Assembly: GCA_964510655.1 (NCBI GenBank)
Contig: CAZEAY010000001.1
Span: 164,944-228,943 of the forward strand
Length of the DNA stretch: 64,000 nt
From: an uncultured Candidatus Saccharibacteria bacterium
GTDB taxonomy: Bacteria; Patescibacteriota; Minisyncoccia; Phycocordibacterales; XYD1-FULL-46-19
Direction of reading: 5' to 3'
Position numbers and translations under genes: made by a program. Shown piece after piece: positions 25,633 through 35,167 of the stretch. Each line of letters begins with the position of its first letter. Position 1 is the stretch's first letter. The notes under the pieces were generated by a model. It saw only the letters and a list, made by a program, of their open reading frames with translations, made no database searches and was not told the origin of the DNA.

Positions 25633-27468
25633 ATGCAATCACACGAGATCAGAGAACGATTTTTAAAATTTTTTGAAAAAAGGGGACATGCCATAATTCC
25701 TTCAGCTTCTTTGGTGCCAGAAAATGATCCCTCCACCCTTTTTAATACCGCTGGGATGCAACCCCTCGTTCCTTATCTTTTAGGTACGCCACATCCGAAG
25801 GGTGTTCGTTTGGTAGACTGTCAAAAATGTGTCCGGACAGGTGATATTGACGATGTTGGTGATAATCGTCACCTTACTTTTTTTGAAATGTTGGGCAATT
25901 GGAGTCTGGGAGACTATTTTAAACAAGAAGCAATTAATTGGAGCTTGGAATTTTTAACTAATAAAGAAGAAGGCTTAGGACTTGATATAAACCGTTTTTA
26001 TGTAACTGTTTTTAAGGGCCTGCCTGCGCAGGCAGGTGAGAATGGTATACCGCGTGATGAAGAAGCCATTACTGTTTGGAAAGAAGCTTTTGCTAAATTT
26101 AATATTACAGCCGAAGTCGCTGGAGAAGATGAACAGGTTGGTGGAAATATTAGAATTATTCCATTAGGTGTTGATGATAACTTCTGGATTGCTGGTGCCA
26201 CTGGCCCCTGCGGTGGAGACACCGAAATGTTTTATGACACTCGCCCAGAAGAGGGTCCACTAGCTGGCAAATTTGGTGATTTGGTAGATTCCTACCGACT
26301 GATTGAGGTTTGGAATGATGTTTTTATGGAGTTCAATAAAACCGCCGATGGTAAATATGAACCCTTAGCCAAAAAGAATGTTGATACTGGTATGGGTTTG
26401 GAACGCACAACCGCCGTGGTCAATGGCCATGCCACTGTTTTCGATACCGACCTCTTTACCCCTGTTTTGTCAAAAATATCAGAACTAGCAAAAAACGATG
26501 ACGATCGAGCCGGGAGAATTGTCGCTGACCATCTCCGCACTGCTATTTTTATGATCGCCGACGGAGTAATCCCATCGAACACTGATCGTGGTTATGTTTT
26601 GCGTCGTCTGCTCAGACGAGCCATTCGCTATTCCGATGTTTTAGGTATGCCTGCAGGCTCTTTGATTACTCTACTTGATATTATCATCACCAAATACACT
26701 GATGTTTACGATAATTTGTTGTCACAAAAAGAAAACATTAAAGAAGAAATCTCTAAGGAGGAAAGTAAATTTAGACAAACTCTCGATAAAGGTTTGAAAG
26801 AAATTTCAAAACTTCTAGACAAACAAGAAAAAATTTCCGGTCTCGATGCTTTTAATCTCTATCAAAGTTATGGTTTCCCCATTGAAGTAACAAAAGAAAT
26901 CGCTCGGGAGAAAAATCTCACTGTCGATGAAACAGAATTCAATGACCAGATGAAAAAACATCAAGAGTTGTCTAAATCAGGTTCTGAAGAAAGATTTAAA
27001 GGTGGTTTAGGTGGCTCCAGTCAGCAAATTGTGAAGTATCATACCGCTACCCACTTGCTCCAGCAGGCCCTAGTTGACGTCCTGGGCCCCGAAATTGCCC
27101 AAAAGGGTAGTAATATTACTGATGAACGCCTCCGCTTCGATTTTGCTTGGCCAGCTAAAATGACCGATGAAGAAAAAGCTCAAGTGGAAAAGATTGTGAA
27201 TGAAAAAATTGAGGCCAGTTTACCAGTGAATAAAGTTATCCTTCCCAAAGACGAAGCCGAGAAAACCGGAGCTCGACATTTGTTCAATGAAAAATATGGC
27301 GATGAGGTCAGTATTTATTTTATCGGTGATTCTTTAGATACTGCTTACTCTAAAGAATTTTGTGGTGGACCCCACGTAACCAACACCAACACTCTTGGTC
27401 ATTTTAAAATTGCCAAAGAGGAAGCGGTGGCGGCGGGAGTCAGAAGAATTAAGGCGATATTGGAATAA
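25633..27468 (+). CDS. alaS: alanyl-tRNA synthetase, short form (catalytic, tRNA-recognition and editing domains; no C-Ala domain)
   Basis: FLKFFEKRGHAIIPSASLVPENDPSTLFNTAGMQP, WNDVFMEFN, editing-domain HTATHLLQQAL...CGGPHV; ends at 611 aa. Confidence 0.9.
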   Translation: MQSHEIRERFLKFFEKRGHAIIPSASLVPENDPSTLFNTAGMQPLVPYLLGTPHPKGVRLVDCQKCVRTGDIDDVGDNRHLTFFEMLGNWSLGDYFKQEAINWSLEFLTNKEEGLGLDINRFYVTVFKGLPAQAGENGIPRDEEAITVWKEAFAKFNITAEVAGEDEQVGGNIRIIPLGVDDNFWIAGATGPCGGDTEMFYDTRPEEGPLAGKFGDLVDSYRLIEVWNDVFMEFNKTADGKYEPLAKKNVDTGMGLERTTAVVNGHATVFDTDLFTPVLSKISELAKNDDDRAGRIVADHLRTAIFMIADGVIPSNTDRGYVLRRLLRRAIRYSDVLGMPAGSLITLLDIIITKYTDVYDNLLSQKENIKEEISKEESKFRQTLDKGLKEISKLLDKQEKISGLDAFNLYQSYGFPIEVTKEIAREKNLTVDETEFNDQMKKHQELSKSGSEERFKGGLGGSSQQIVKYHTATHLLQQALVDVLGPEIAQKGSNITDERLRFDFAWPAKMTDEEKAQVEKIVNEKIEASLPVNKVILPKDEAEKTGARHLFNEKYGDEVSIYFIGDSLDTAYSKEFCGGPHVTNTNTLGHFKIAKEEAVAAGVRRIKAILE

Positions 27469-27472
27469 AATT

Positions 27473-28075
27473 ATGAAAAAACAAATTGTTGTCATTCATG
27501 GCGGAACAACCTTCGACACATATGAGGAATACTTAGATTATTTAAATTCATGCAAGATAACCCTAGAAAGAATTAACTATAAAGACTGGAAGGATTTCTT
27601 AGTATCAAATTTACCTGATTTTGAAGTGATCTATCCTAAAATGCCAAATTCTAAAAATGCCCATTATTTAGAGTGGAAAATTTGGTTTGAAAAGTTGCTT
27701 CCACTGCTACGGGACGATGTCACCCTGATCGGTCATTCTCTGGGAGGTATTTTCTTGGCTAAATATCTAACAGAAAATAACTTTCCAATTAGAATCGCTT
27801 CAATTCATTTAGTTGCTGCTCCTTATGATACCGAGTTCTGCAAAGAATCCTTGGGAGATTTTGCCCTCTCTGGAAAAGTGGGTAAATTATCTATATACAC
27901 AGATAGTCTATTTCTCTATCAAAGTAAAGATGATCCTGAGGTTCCCTATGGTGATGTTGAAAATTATAAAAAAGATATTCCAGATGCTATCCTGACTACT
28001 TTTGAAGATCGAGGGCATTTTATTCAAAAAGACTTTCCTGAATTATTGGAAAATATTAAAAAATCTTCTGAATAA
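27473..28075 (+). CDS. alpha/beta-hydrolase-fold esterase (YdeN/RBBP9-like serine hydrolase)
   Basis: MKKQIVVIHGG..., nucleophile elbow LIGHSLGG; track ORF start 27395 overlaps alaS and is a spurious extension. Confidence 0.6.
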   Translation: MKKQIVVIHGGTTFDTYEEYLDYLNSCKITLERINYKDWKDFLVSNLPDFEVIYPKMPNSKNAHYLEWKIWFEKLLPLLRDDVTLIGHSLGGIFLAKYLTENNFPIRIASIHLVAAPYDTEFCKESLGDFALSGKVGKLSIYTDSLFLYQSKDDPEVPYGDVENYKKDIPDAILTTFEDRGHFIQKDFPELLENIKKSSE

Positions 28076-28077
28076 AA

Positions 28078-28478
28078 TGATTTTTTCAAGTTTACTAAAA
28101 GAATTAGATAAATTAAATTTACCTAAGGATAAATACGCCGTTACTTCGTCAGGACCACTGGCTATTCGTGGTATTCGCGAAGCCAAGGATATTGATTTGG
28201 TGGTTACTGAAGATTTGTGGAAAAAATTAAGTGAAGAATATCCAGTAAATGAAAAACCGATTTGTGACACAATAAATCTTGGCAACATTGAGGTCCTGGG
28301 TAATTTTCGCGGAGAGAATATTTTTTCAGCCAACGAACAGATTATTAAAGCTGATATTATAGATGGTCACAGGTTTGTAAATTTAGATATGATTATTTCT
28401 TTTAAAAAAGCCCTCGGACGAGAGAAGGATTTGGTTGATCTAAAATTGATTCAAGATTATCTATTGACTAATAATTAA
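28078..28478 (+). CDS. Pol-beta-superfamily minimal nucleotidyltransferase
   Basis: AVTSSGPLAIRGIREAKDIDLVV (GS...RG...DIDLVV NTase signature). Confidence 0.5.
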
Positions 28479-28591
28479 AGCAATATTGGGACAAAAAACA
28501 CTCTTAATAAATAACTTGAAAATTTAAATTGTTAGCGATAAGGTATAATTAGCATAGACAGTTCATCAAATAGAAAGTGGGGTGTCGCCAA

Positions 28592-28933
28592 ATGATTTTT
28601 ATGACGTCTGGTCAGGAAGAAGACAGAGGAGCTCTTGCCGAGTCTGAAGAAGGGAAAGAGGATATCCCAGCGGAGTTATGGGGTGGGATAGGACCGATAG
28701 AGATAGTCGTATTCTATAATGGAAAGAAGTTTGTCCAAAAAACGACAATTGCCGAGATGGCAATGTACGAAGCCTTAAAGCGTCTCGCCCCAGATTGGTG
28801 TCCTTACCCACACAGGGTTGACATGAGGACCCGTCAGGTGATGGCCTGGTTGATCACCGACACTGAACTTCGAGTAAGTCTGGGTGGACCAGACTTTGTG
28901 GATGCCTACACTCGCGACTTTCTCTACCTCTAG
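28592..28933 (+). CDS. GC-rich ORFan
   Basis: GC visibly higher than neighbours; TATAAT 40 nt upstream; own terminator. Confidence 0.35.
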   Translation: MIFMTSGQEEDRGALAESEEGKEDIPAELWGGIGPIEIVVFYNGKKFVQKTTIAEMAMYEALKRLAPDWCPYPHRVDMRTRQVMAWLITDTELRVSLGGPDFVDAYTRDFLYL

Positions 28934-28956
28934 CCCAGTTTTCTTGGTTGGAAATT

Positions 28957-28993
28957 GCCCATCACTCATCTAGAGCGATGGGCTTTCTTTTTT
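28957..28993 (+). terminator. intrinsic terminator
   Basis: gcccatc...gatgggc stem then TTTCTTTTTT. Confidence 0.65.
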
Positions 28994-29070
28994 AAAAAAT
29001 ATTAACTTAAAGTTATTCCCACTTTTTATTTACACCACAAACTTGTCTCGTGGTATAATCAGAAGTAATT

Positions 29071-30243
29071 ATGTCCTTCTGGAACCTTTTTGGAATTAAA
29101 AGAAATTCTGTGTTGGCTATTATTGATATTGGTAGCTCTCAAGTCAGCGGAGCGCTTGTGTTGGTTTCAAAAAATAGATCTGGACATAAAAATCATCAAA
29201 TTGTTTTTAATACAAAAGTAGAAATTAGTGTCGATGGTGAATTAGATTTCGACCGCTTTGACTTTGAGATCATCAAGGCTATTAAAATGGTCACCCACAA
29301 ACTGGTCCGAAGTGGCTTTACTCAACCGGAAAAATTTGTGTGTTTTCTTGCTTCCACCTTCCTTGTTTCCCAAACAAAGGTGATAAATTTTTCTCAAGAC
29401 AAGCAATTTGTTTTTACCCAAAAAATCCTTGAGGGTATTACCAAGCGTGAGGCAGAAGACTTTCGTGCTCGAAACGAAAAAGGTGATCAATTTCAGATTA
29501 TTGAAAACAAGGTAATGCAAATCAAGTTGGACGGTTATGAGGTGGCTAAGCCTTTTGATAAAAAAATAACAAAACTTAGCTTGGCGCAATTTTTAAGTGG
29601 TAGCCCAGTTAGCCAATTAAACAAAATAAGAAGTGCTATCGGTAGTCAGAGTCACAGTGAAAAAATAAGTTTTCATTCTTATAATTTTGCCGCTTTTTCC
29701 ACTCTAAGAGACCTTTTGGCGGGTAAGAAAAATTTTATTGCTGTTGATATTGGGGGAGAATTAACCGATGTTTCTCTATGTATGGACGGTGTTTTGCTAG
29801 AAAACTTGTCCTTTCCTTATGGCCTAAATGCTATTATTAGAGATACGGCTCGTTCCCAACAGACCTTTCGAGCTGAAGCTAAATCCCAACTAGCTTTATA
29901 TTCCGAAGGAAGACTGCAGTCACGAGCGAAAAATATTTTTGAGCAATCTTTAGCTGTTTCTCGGCAAAAATGGACAAGTTTAATGGCTGAGGCTTTATCT
30001 TTAATGATGGAAACTTCTGTGATTCCTGACCAAATTATTTTGACGGGCGACACTATTGCTAATCAAGTATTTGTAAATTGGTTAAAGGAGGGGGATTTCA
30101 AAAAATATATGTTGTCCAATAATCCATTTAAGGTATCATATATAGATCATTCCCGTTTATCTGATTTAGCGACCAGATCGAAGACGATAAAAGATACCTA
30201 TTTGGTTTTTGAATCAATGTTTTTAGAAAAAATTAATAATTAA
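29071..30243 (+). CDS. actin-like ATPase of the PilM/FtsA family
   Basis: LAIIDIGSSQVSGALVLV phosphate-1 motif; FIAVDIGGELTDVSL phosphate-2/adenosine motif; no adjacent ftsZ. Confidence 0.55.
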   Translation: MSFWNLFGIKRNSVLAIIDIGSSQVSGALVLVSKNRSGHKNHQIVFNTKVEISVDGELDFDRFDFEIIKAIKMVTHKLVRSGFTQPEKFVCFLASTFLVSQTKVINFSQDKQFVFTQKILEGITKREAEDFRARNEKGDQFQIIENKVMQIKLDGYEVAKPFDKKITKLSLAQFLSGSPVSQLNKIRSAIGSQSHSEKISFHSYNFAAFSTLRDLLAGKKNFIAVDIGGELTDVSLCMDGVLLENLSFPYGLNAIIRDTARSQQTFRAEAKSQLALYSEGRLQSRAKNIFEQSLAVSRQKWTSLMAEALSLMMETSVIPDQIILTGDTIANQVFVNWLKEGDFKKYMLSNNPFKVSYIDHSRLSDLATRSKTIKDTYLVFESMFLEKINN

Positions 30244-30266
30244 ATTTTTAAAACAATTACAAAAAT

Positions 30267-31589
30267 ATGGATGAAGTTCGTAAAAAAAGTCTAAGTGAAG
30301 TTCTCCCTAAAAAGGGGCTAGACCTTGCCGGACAAAAATCTAATCCTACCCGACGGCAAAAAATAGACTTAGGTGACGAACCGCTATCATCTGAGTCAAC
30401 AACAAAAAGGGGTGCCACCAAAAAATATTACGAAACTACTCGAGTTAAAACACCAAGACTGTCTTTTTTTGTTTGGTTTTGTATTGCCTTAATTTTGATT
30501 GTTGGTGGATATTTTTTATCTACCGTTTTCGCTTCAGTCACCGTTAAAATAACCCCTCGTCACCTAACATCCAATGTTGCTGGAACATACACTGCCAGCC
30601 GGGCTCCGGCTGAGGGAATCGAATTTTCCGTAATTAAATTAGAAGAAACTGCCACCAAGTCTGTTCCCGCTTCTGGGCAATCAAAAGTTGAAACAAAAGC
30701 TGTTGGCACAGTGGTGATCACTAATAATTTCAGCACAGCCTCACAAAAATTGGTTGCCGGAACAAGATTAGAAACGAAAAATGGTTTAATTTTTAAATTA
30801 GATAATACCGTAACAGTTCCCGGACAAACTAAAAAAGGAACAACAGTCACTCCTGGAGCGATTTTGGCTAAAGTGACCGCCTCGGAGGCTGGAGAAGATT
30901 ACAATGTTGGCCAAGCCAGCTTAAAAATTGTCGGTTTTAAAGGTACTCCTCGTTATGATAAGTTTACCGTTCAAACAAGAACAAATCTTGAGGGGGGTAA
31001 GCAGGGTGTAATCAGTGTTGTAAAACCCGAAGATCGTGCCAAGGCTTTGGCGGGCTTAGAGGCAGAATTAAAAGATAAGGTAGCAAAAAAAGCTCGTCTC
31101 CAAATTCCAAAAGATTTTATTATTTGGAACGATGGGGTAATAACCTCTCTTACTGATGAAATAAAAAATGATAGTGCTAGTTCTTCTAACGTCATCTTAT
31201 CGGCAAAAGTAACCATGATTGCGATTTTGTTTAACGTCAAAAATGTTAGCGAGTATTTTGCCGAAAAAGAGCTTAAGGATGAGTCGGTAACCGGAATCAG
31301 AATCTTCAACATTGAATCCTTAAAATTTACTCTAAAAGATAAAGATAAATTTGATTTTGAAAAAACCGATAAGATTAATTTCACTCTCGATGGCGAGGCT
31401 AATCTAGTCTGGCCAGTGGATAGTGCTAGCCTTAAATCCAAACTATTAAACACCTCAATCAAAGAAAAAGATAAGGTTTTTGCTAGTTTTCCGTCGGTCT
31501 ATCGGGCCGAAGCCGTAGTCCGTCCACCCTGGGTCTTGTCCTTTCCTAACAATCAAGATAAAATTAATATTAAGCTAATCATTGAATAA
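30267..31589 (+). CDS. hypothetical bitopic membrane protein with large extracytoplasmic domain
   Basis: basic N-terminus, single TM (FFVWFCIALILIVGGYFL), about 350-aa beta-rich ectodomain. Confidence 0.45.
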   Translation: MDEVRKKSLSEVLPKKGLDLAGQKSNPTRRQKIDLGDEPLSSESTTKRGATKKYYETTRVKTPRLSFFVWFCIALILIVGGYFLSTVFASVTVKITPRHLTSNVAGTYTASRAPAEGIEFSVIKLEETATKSVPASGQSKVETKAVGTVVITNNFSTASQKLVAGTRLETKNGLIFKLDNTVTVPGQTKKGTTVTPGAILAKVTASEAGEDYNVGQASLKIVGFKGTPRYDKFTVQTRTNLEGGKQGVISVVKPEDRAKALAGLEAELKDKVAKKARLQIPKDFIIWNDGVITSLTDEIKNDSASSSNVILSAKVTMIAILFNVKNVSEYFAEKELKDESVTGIRIFNIESLKFTLKDKDKFDFEKTDKINFTLDGEANLVWPVDSASLKSKLLNTSIKEKDKVFASFPSVYRAEAVVRPPWVLSFPNNQDKINIKLIIE

Positions 31590-31671
31590 AGATTGGAGAG
31601 CCTAAAAACCCTAAGATTTTCATAGTTTTACCTATTGAGGTCCATATTTTTAAAGTGGACTATTGTTGGGG

Positions 31672-31700
31672 TTGACTCTCTTAGAGTATTTTGTTAATAT
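31672..31700 (+). promoter_or_regulatory. sigma70 promoter TTGACT-17-TAATAT upstream of infA
   Basis: ggggTTGACTctcttagagtattttgtTAATATg. Confidence 0.6.
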
Positions 31701-31718
31701 GTTTCAGGTAAATAAGTA

Positions 31719-31958
31719 ATGGAAAAAACCGGTCAAAATCAAGGGTCTTCAACAAAAGAAGGCGAGATCGCTGTTGGAACAATAACAGAGGCTTTGCCTA
31801 ATACTTTGTTTAGAGTTGCCCTTACTGATGAGAAGGAAATCTTGGCTTATTTATCTGGAAAAATGCGTTTACACAGGATTCGCGTCCTGATTGGAGACAA
31901 GGTTGAGATGGTCCTCGATCCTTACGGAGGAAGAGGGCGAATCACTCGCCGATTATAA
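31719..31958 (+). CDS. infA: translation initiation factor IF-1
   Basis: GTITEALPNTLFRVALTDEKEILAYLSGKMRLHRIRVLIGDKVEMVLDPYGGRGRITRR. Confidence 0.9.
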   Translation: MEKTGQNQGSSTKEGEIAVGTITEALPNTLFRVALTDEKEILAYLSGKMRLHRIRVLIGDKVEMVLDPYGGRGRITRRL

Positions 31959-32016
31959 TAATAAGCTTAAGTACAACAGTCATTAAATAGAGTGACGTTG
32001 GAATTTTTTTTAACTA

Positions 32017-32133
32017 ATGAAAATCCGTTCAACAATAGAAAAGCGATGTACCCAATGCAAAATGGTCAAACGTCGGGGACATCTCTATATTATTTGTAAA
32101 AATAAGCCTCGTCACAAACAAAAACAGGCTTAG
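32017..32133 (+). CDS. rpmJ: 50S ribosomal protein L36 (not in the ORF track, 38 aa)
   Basis: MKIRSTIEKRCTQCKMVKRRGHLYIICKNKPRHKQKQA with the C..C...C....H zinc ribbon. Confidence 0.85.
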   Translation: MKIRSTIEKRCTQCKMVKRRGHLYIICKNKPRHKQKQA

Positions 32134-32174
32134 TTTTTAATTAACTTTTAATTTTTAACCCTTAATTTAATAAA

Positions 32175-32552
32175 ATGCGCATCTCTGGTATCACTCTTCC
32201 AAATAAAAGAATCGAATATGCCCTAACGGCAGTTTACGGCATTGGGATTGCTCGTTCCAAAAAAATAGTAGCTGATGCCGGAATTCCTTTGGGTAAAAAA
32301 CCAGATGAGTTGTCTACCGACGAAGAAAACAGTATTCGTCGCGTCGTAGAGCAATTTAAGATTGAGGGAGATTTAAAGCGCGAGGTTAGTGCTAACATTA
32401 AGCGCCTAAAAGACATTGGATCTTATCGTGGCTCACGTCACGCCAAAGGATTGCCTAGTCGAGGACAACGAACCAAGACTAATTCCCGAACTCGCCGTGG
32501 TAATACCCGCAAGACTATGGGTTCTGGTCGCAAGAAAGTAGAGAAGAAGTAA
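32175..32552 (+). CDS. rpsM: 30S ribosomal protein S13
   Basis: MRISGITLPNKRIEYALTAVYGIGIARSKKI...; basic C-terminus. Confidence 0.95.
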   Translation: MRISGITLPNKRIEYALTAVYGIGIARSKKIVADAGIPLGKKPDELSTDEENSIRRVVEQFKIEGDLKREVSANIKRLKDIGSYRGSRHAKGLPSRGQRTKTNSRTRRGNTRKTMGSGRKKVEKK

Positions 32553-32575
32553 TCCTAATTCATATATAAATCAAC

Positions 32576-33004
32576 ATGGGAAAGAAACGAATAATCAAAG
32601 CAGGTACAGGAGACACTGGTTCACAAGCCAAGACTGCTTCACGTGGAGCCAAACGCCGAATCGAACACGGCACCTTGTATATTAACTCCAGTTACAACAA
32701 CACCACCATGCTTTTGACCGATGAAAAGGGTAATGCTGCCATGTGGTCTTCTTCTGGTTCTCTTGGTTTCAAGGGGGCAAAGAAGGGTACTCCTTTTGCG
32801 GCTGGTAAAGTAGCTGAACAATTAGCCGACAAAGCAATTGCCGCTGGATTGAAGGAGATTGATATTGTCGTTAAAGGTGTTGGTTCTGGTCGGGAATCTT
32901 CCATCCGTTCGTTTATTTCCAAAGGAGTGGCTATCGCGACTATTAAAGACGAAACCCCAGTTCCATTCAACGGACCAAAACCAAAGAAACCACGACGCGT
33001 TTAA
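32576..33004 (+). CDS. rpsK: 30S ribosomal protein S11
   Basis: GTLYINSSYNNTTMLLTDEKGNAAMWSSSGSLGFKGAKKGTPFAA. Confidence 0.95.
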   Translation: MGKKRIIKAGTGDTGSQAKTASRGAKRRIEHGTLYINSSYNNTTMLLTDEKGNAAMWSSSGSLGFKGAKKGTPFAAGKVAEQLADKAIAAGLKEIDIVVKGVGSGRESSIRSFISKGVAIATIKDETPVPFNGPKPKKPRRV

Positions 33005-33027
33005 AAATAATTTTCAATTAAAAAAAT

Positions 33028-33642
33028 ATGAGAGTTGGACCAAAATACAAAATCGCCCGCCGATTAGGAGACCGAATTTTCCCCAAGACACAGGGGACTA
33101 AGTTTACTGTGTCTGGTACAGAAAAAAAGAGTCACAGCAAAAAAGGCAAGCGAACAATGAGTGAGTACGGTCTCCAGCTTATTGAAAAACAAAAAGCCAA
33201 ATATACCTACGGTACTTCCGAAAAGCAGTTTTCCAACTATGTAAAAAAGACTCGCACCATGAAAAATGATTTACCGGCTGCTAATCTTTACCGCGCCCTA
33301 GAATCTCGTTTGGATAACGTGGTCTTCCGTATGGGGTTGGTAAATTCCCGCGCTTTTGCTCGCCAAGCAGTTTCCCACGGTCACATCACTATCAAAGGAC
33401 GTAAGGTAACTATTCCTTCTTGTGAAATCCATGTTGGAGATGTTATTGGAATCCGCCCAGGGAGTAAGGATAATGGAATTTTTCGTGATTTAGCTGAAAA
33501 GATGAAAAACCACACCGCCCCAAATTGGCTGTTGGTAGATCCTCTTAAGTACGAAGCGACTGTTCAAGGCTTACCATCATACAAAGATAAAGAGCCAAAC
33601 TTGAATTTCGAAGCAATCTTGGAATTCTATAGTCGCGTATAA
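33028..33642 (+). CDS. rpsD: 30S ribosomal protein S4
   Basis: MRVGPKYKIARRLGDRIFPKTQ...; S4 domain NLYRALESRLDNVVFRMGL. Confidence 0.95.
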   Translation: MRVGPKYKIARRLGDRIFPKTQGTKFTVSGTEKKSHSKKGKRTMSEYGLQLIEKQKAKYTYGTSEKQFSNYVKKTRTMKNDLPAANLYRALESRLDNVVFRMGLVNSRAFARQAVSHGHITIKGRKVTIPSCEIHVGDVIGIRPGSKDNGIFRDLAEKMKNHTAPNWLLVDPLKYEATVQGLPSYKDKEPNLNFEAILEFYSRV

Positions 33643-33709
33643 AATTACAAATAAAAAGTCGCAGATATTTATTTAAATTTATTATTAGCTTTAGCTTCAC
33701 CATTGCAAC

Positions 33710-34681
33710 ATGCCAGATTTTAATATCATTTTGCCTTCAAAACCGGTGGTAATAACAGAAAGTGAAACTTCCGGTGTTTATGAAATTGAAGGTTTGTATC
33801 CTGGCTATGGCCATACTTTAGGCAATTCATTACGAAGAATTATTCTTTCGTCTTTGCCTGGTTTCGCCATTACCTCTGTCAAAATCGACGGAGTAAACCA
33901 CGAATTCTCCACCATCGACGGAGTAAAGGAAGATGTCATTACAATGATCCTAAACTTGAAGAAAGTACGTTTTCAAGTTACAGGTGATGAACCACAAACG
34001 GTAAATCTAACCATTAAAGACGCCAAAGAAGTTTTGGCTGGCGACATTAAAACCTCTGGAGGAGTAGAGGTTGCCAACAAAGATTTGTATCTCTGCACTG
34101 TTACCGGAAAAACAAACCTAAACATTGAGATGACTCTAGAAAAAGGTTTGGGCTATGTACCAAAAGAAGTCTTAAGTAAAGATAAAGTAGAAATTGGCAC
34201 CATTGTCATGGACGCTATTTTTACTCCAATTCGTCGCGTTAGTTACGAAGTAGAACACATGCGTGTTGGCAATCGTACCGATTACAACAAATTAAGAATT
34301 GCCATTGAAACCGATGGTTCCTTAACTGCTCGTGAGGCTCTTGAGAAGTCTATTGAAATCATGATTCATCAACTAAAAGCGATTATTGGTTTTAAAGAAG
34401 AAATCATTGAATCTGCTCAAATAGATGATAGTGAAGAGGCTTATGAAAGCGACGTTACTGCTGGAAATGATGCCAAACAAGAGGATATTCTTAAGACTCG
34501 TATCGAGGACCTAAACCTCTCGGTTCGAACCCAAAAAGCCCTTTCTGCTGCTTCCATCAGAACTATTGGTGGGTTGACTAAGAAGAAAGAAGATGATTTA
34601 CTATCTATCGCAGGCTTGGGTCAAAAGGGTGTCGAAGAAATCAAAAAAGCCTTAAGTAATTTTGGTATTAATCTTAAATAG
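33710..34681 (+). CDS. rpoA: DNA-directed RNA polymerase alpha subunit
   Basis: GYGHTLGNSLRRIILSSLPG; C-terminal domain LNLSVRTQKAL. Confidence 0.95.
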   Translation: MPDFNIILPSKPVVITESETSGVYEIEGLYPGYGHTLGNSLRRIILSSLPGFAITSVKIDGVNHEFSTIDGVKEDVITMILNLKKVRFQVTGDEPQTVNLTIKDAKEVLAGDIKTSGGVEVANKDLYLCTVTGKTNLNIEMTLEKGLGYVPKEVLSKDKVEIGTIVMDAIFTPIRRVSYEVEHMRVGNRTDYNKLRIAIETDGSLTAREALEKSIEIMIHQLKAIIGFKEEIIESAQIDDSEEAYESDVTAGNDAKQEDILKTRIEDLNLSVRTQKALSAASIRTIGGLTKKKEDDLLSIAGLGQKGVEEIKKALSNFGINLK

Positions 34682-34683
34682 AG

Positions 34684-34800
34684 ATAAACATACAAATATA
34701 CGAATTTTACAAATCTACGAATGGCTACGAATGAATACATAGAGAAACGCATTTATTCGCAGCCATTCGTACCATTCGCATCATTTGTAGATTAGCATAT
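34684..34800. repeat. intergenic inverted-repeat element, copy A (MITE-like or structured RNA)
   Basis: aaacatacaaatatacgaattttacaaatctacgaatggctacgaat ... cattcgtaccattcgcatcatttgtagat; 45/47 identical to 42108-42154. Confidence 0.7.
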
Positions 34801-34808
34801 TAACTTTT

Positions 34809-35162
34809 ATGAAACACCATTCAAAAATCAGAAAATTAGGACGAACAAAAAGTGTCAGAAAAGCCCTGATCCGATCATTGGCCGAGGCTTTGATTTTGAG
34901 TGGTAAAATCAAAACAACCGAAGCTAAAGCCAAAGAATTACGACCTTTTATTGAAAAACTTATCACCAAAGGTAAAAAGGGTGATTTAGCCGCCCGCCGA
35001 GTCGCTATTTCTCGCTTAATTGGTGTGGAATTGGTCGCTAAATTGTTTAATGAGATTGCCCCTAAGTTTACTGATCGCAACGGCGGTTACACTCGTATTA
35101 TAAAATTACCGGCCCGCGGTGGAGACGGCAGTAAGATGGCGATTATTGAATTTGTTGCATAA
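34809..35162 (+). CDS. rplQ: 50S ribosomal protein L17
   Basis: [29 protein letters not shown]... Confidence 0.9.
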   Translation: MKHHSKIRKLGRTKSVRKALIRSLAEALILSGKIKTTEAKAKELRPFIEKLITKGKKGDLAARRVAISRLIGVELVAKLFNEIAPKFTDRNGGYTRIIKLPARGGDGSKMAIIEFVA

Positions 35163-35167
35163 AAATT

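Noticed and set aside
27395-27472. N-terminal extension of the hydrolase ORF overlapping the alaS 3' end
   Set aside because: The in-frame ATG at 27473, directly after the alaS stop, gives a typical MKKQIVVIHGG hydrolase N-terminus. The upstream part lies in another frame of alaS coding sequence.
29071-30243. Calling the actin-like ATPase as FtsA
   Set aside because: No ftsZ is adjacent and there is no C-terminal amphipathic membrane-targeting helix. PilM, or a generic FtsA/PilM family member, is the safer label.
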